Position numbers and translations under genes: made by a program. DNA of 64,000 nt from an uncultured Candidatus Saccharibacteria bacterium (lineage in GTDB: Bacteria; Patescibacteriota; Minisyncoccia; Phycocordibacterales; CSBR16-119), in NCBI GenBank assembly GCA_964426385.1, contig CAYRQF010000001.1:102190-166189 (forward strand). Direction: 5' to 3'. Below are positions 61,432-64,000 of this stretch, piece after piece (the stretch's first letter is position 1; each line of letters starts with the position of its first letter). Below the pieces are notes generated by a model that ran no database searches, had not been told where the DNA came from, and worked only from the letters and a program-made list of their open reading frames with translations.

Positions 61432-62427
61432 ATGTCTAAAAAACTTGATTTCCTAGCTATCGGCGACATCGTTATCGACGCATTTATCGAACTCGAGGAC
61501 GCGAATGTCTCTTGTGATATCAACAGAGCTAACTGTACGCTATCGATGCGTTTCGCTGACAAGATACCCTACAGAGATGTAACAGTTATAAAAGCCGTTG
61601 GTAATAGTCCGAATGCAGCAACATCTGCGGCACGCCTCGGACTCTCGGTCGGACTCCTAACTCATATCGGTGGTGATGAAAATGGTCGTGACTGCATCGA
61701 CACACTGAAAGAGAACGGCATCGACACGGCGCTAGTTCAGATCGAGAACAAGGCGAAAACCAACTACCACTACGTCCTGTCGTACGAAGCAGAACGTACC
61801 ATCCTTATCAAACACGAAGCCTATAACTACAAATTTATAGCCCCAGACACAGCACCTGCTTGGGTCTACCTATCATCCGTTGGTAACGACACTCTCGCAT
61901 ATCACGAAGATATTGCTGACTATCTCGAACAGAATCCCGAGATAAAGCTCGCTTTTCAACCGGGAACTTTTCAGATGAAGCTCGGCACGGAGAAACTCGC
62001 AGGGCTTTATAAGAGAACTAAAGTCTTCTTCTGCAACAAAGAAGAGGCGCAGAGAATACTTGGAAACAAAGAGGAAGATATCAAGGTCCAGATGAACAAC
62101 CTGCACGCTCTAGGGCCGAAACTAGTCTGTATAACTGACGGTCCCAATGGAGCATACGCCTCCGATGGCGCGAATGCCTGGTTCATCCCTATGTACCCTG
62201 ACCCGAAGCCTCCTGTAGAGAGAACGGGCGCAGGAGACGCATTCTCTTCGACCGTGACAGCTATGCTAGTACTCGGGAAGCCTCTCGAGACAGCTATAAC
62301 TTACGGCCCGGTTAACTCCATGAACGTAGTACAATACGTAGGAGCCCAGGCAGGACTACTAACACTACCCGAGATTGAGAAATGGCTCGCAAAAGCACCG
62401 GAAGATTATAAGGTTAAAGAAATATAA
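61432..62427 (+). CDS. PfkB-family carbohydrate kinase
   Basis: NAATSAARLG, CNKEEA and ERTGAGDAF motifs. Confidence 0.92.
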   Translation: MSKKLDFLAIGDIVIDAFIELEDANVSCDINRANCTLSMRFADKIPYRDVTVIKAVGNSPNAATSAARLGLSVGLLTHIGGDENGRDCIDTLKENGIDTALVQIENKAKTNYHYVLSYEAERTILIKHEAYNYKFIAPDTAPAWVYLSSVGNDTLAYHEDIADYLEQNPEIKLAFQPGTFQMKLGTEKLAGLYKRTKVFFCNKEEAQRILGNKEEDIKVQMNNLHALGPKLVCITDGPNGAYASDGANAWFIPMYPDPKPPVERTGAGDAFSSTVTAMLVLGKPLETAITYGPVNSMNVVQYVGAQAGLLTLPEIEKWLAKAPEDYKVKEI

Positions 62428-62428
62428 T

Positions 62429-62653
62429 ATGGCATTTGAAACAGCTCCTGGAGCGACACCCGGAAACAATCAGCTAGAGGATTTGATGTTAAAGAGGCAG
62501 GAATATCTCAACAACCTAGAAAAAATAAAATCTGATCCTAACCTTGAACAGAATATGGTAAGTAGCGTAGTCATCGGTCTGAATGTGGAGATAGAAAATT
62601 TAAATTCACAAATTAATGAATTGAAAGGCAAAGAAAAACTAAAGGCGGCTTAA
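62429..62653 (+). CDS. small coiled-coil hypothetical protein
   Basis: ORF directly after pfkB. Confidence 0.6.
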   Translation: MAFETAPGATPGNNQLEDLMLKRQEYLNNLEKIKSDPNLEQNMVSSVVIGLNVEIENLNSQINELKGKEKLKAA

Positions 62654-62673
62654 TTAATATTAGTAAAATAATT

Positions 62674-62943
62674 ATGGAAAGAATAAATATGGAGCGTGGT
62701 CCGGACAATAAGCCAAATCCAGAAGTAAAGCGTCCATTAGAGACAGTAACACCGTATGATGATTTGAAAATTTATCAGAATAGTTTAGATTTACTCAAGA
62801 AAGAAGCCGAAGACTACAGAAGAGATCTCGCTATGTTCGAAGCAGAAGGAAATGATTCAATGGTAAGACGCTATCGGGATTTACTGAGAGACAAGGAGAT
62901 AGAGATTAAAGACCATGAAGCAATAGTTAATGCACACCAATAA
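62674..62943 (+). CDS. small acidic hypothetical protein
   Basis: ORF track. Confidence 0.6.
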   Translation: MERINMERGPDNKPNPEVKRPLETVTPYDDLKIYQNSLDLLKKEAEDYRRDLAMFEAEGNDSMVRRYRDLLRDKEIEIKDHEAIVNAHQ

Positions 62944-62947
62944 ATAT

Positions 62948-63301
62948 ATGGAAAAAATACCAGAACAAAAGCCAAAAAATGAATTGAATGAAGTTTCATC
63001 AACTGAGCTAATGCGTGGCATCATTGAGAGGGAGAGAAGAGAGAAAATCGTTGAGACTGCACAGAAGATAATAGAACTCGCCCAATTAGAAGCTGGTACC
63101 CATGAAACTGATGAATTCGGTAATCCTACACTTGGTGCAACAGACGAGGAACGCAAGAGACTTCTAGAAGAAAAAAGAGTAGAGGTTAAAAAATTAGAAG
63201 AACATATTGGGATGACTTATGATCAAGAAAGTCATCTACGTACGGCAGATGTTGTCGCTGGAGACTCCCCAACATCAGAATACCTCCAACAGTACAACTA
63301 G
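62948..63301 (+). CDS. small acidic hypothetical protein
   Basis: ORF track; start taken at MEKIPEQ. Confidence 0.6.
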   Translation: MEKIPEQKPKNELNEVSSTELMRGIIERERREKIVETAQKIIELAQLEAGTHETDEFGNPTLGATDEERKRLLEEKRVEVKKLEEHIGMTYDQESHLRTADVVAGDSPTSEYLQQYN

Positions 63302-64000
63302 CTAGCGTCTCTTTAAAACTTTATGTACCGCGATTTTGATATGACTCACGTCCATTCCGTAATGGGCTATTAGCTCATCCGGTTTGCCTGACTGACCGAA
63401 CTGGTCATGAACGCCGATAAATTCTATAAATGCAGGTTTCGTTGCCGCTAGAACCTCGGCGATAGCACTTCCCATCCCTCCATGGATCTGATGCTCCTCT
63501 ACTGTAACCACTCGGCCGATCTTGCCGATGTGTTCGATCATCTTCATATCTAGAGGTTTGATCATTGCGAGATTAATTACAGTCGTCTGTATACCCTCTT
63601 CCTGAAGCTCCTTGGCGGCAAGCATAGCGTTATGAGTGAGCGCTCCGGTCGAGACTATGGCAACCTGCGGATCTCGTGACTGCCAGAATATCTGAGCCTT
63701 ACCGGCCTCAAAAGGAGTGTCTCTGGTCGTCATGACCGGCGTTTTCTCTCGCCCTAGACGTATATACACGGGTCCTGGATGTCCTGCAGCCCAGAGTGTC
63801 GCCTTCCTGGCCTCCTCGCTATCGCATGGGTTTATAACTGTCATACGTGGAAGCATACGCATGAGGCCGATATCCTCGAGAGCCTGATGTGTCGCGCCAT
63901 CAGGACCAACAGATACCCCGGCGTGACAACCGACGATTTTTACCGGGACGTTATTGATCGCTATCGTCGTTCTGATCTGCTCATTGTTCCTACCTGGTGA
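63302..64000 (-). CDS. transketolase C-terminal subunit (5' end outside window)
   Basis: The frame is open to the window edge: GVSVGPDGATHQALED, GPVYIRLGR and VEEHQ..GGMG. Confidence 0.92.
   Translation of the reverse strand, partial: SPGRNNEQIRTTIAINNVPVKIVGCHAGVSVGPDGATHQALEDIGLMRMLPRMTVINPCDSEEARKATLWAAGHPGPVYIRLGREKTPVMTTRDTPFEAGKAQIFWQSRDPQVAIVSTGALTHNAMLAAKELQEEGIQTTVINLAMIKPLDMKMIEHIGKIGRVVTVEEHQIHGGMGSAIAEVLAATKPAFIEFIGVHDQFGQSGKPDELIAHYGMDVSHIKIAVHKVLKRR

Overview
Bacterial chromosomal window whose gene content, compact proteins (short AspRS, short PrmC) and many orphan ORFs suggest a small-genome Patescibacteria/CPR (Parcubacteria-like) organism. This is an inference, as no rRNA gene is present. 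Contents in order: an AT-rich restriction-modification/defence island (1-4.7 kb); a repeat-punctuated cassette-like region ending in arsR, a phnA-like gene and a membrane hydrolase; a DinJ-YafQ toxin-antitoxin pair; ABC-F; two tandem ~1000-aa NHL/peptidoglycan-binding surface proteins; aspS; scpAB; mraY-ftsW-murG-gltX; rpmA; rplI; rsmI; a complete F-type ATP synthase operon whose c subunit has a Na+-type signature; tRNA-Ile(GAU)-prmC; prfA; rpmE2; rplY; and a partial transketolase subunit. The most striking unexplained structures are non-coding. (1) Two 120-bp covarying hairpin elements sit at the start codons flanking scpB, and each supplies the upstream stop codon and the downstream ATG. (2) A second family of three ~70-bp palindromic elements has 4-bp flanking direct repeats. 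(3) A ~190-bp repeat is built from the 5' end of one gene and the palindromic 3' end of arsR, and it brackets unrelated genes. (4) Expression architecture has two classes: apparently leaderless core genes, and self-contained orphan-gene units with -35/-10 promoters and terminators.
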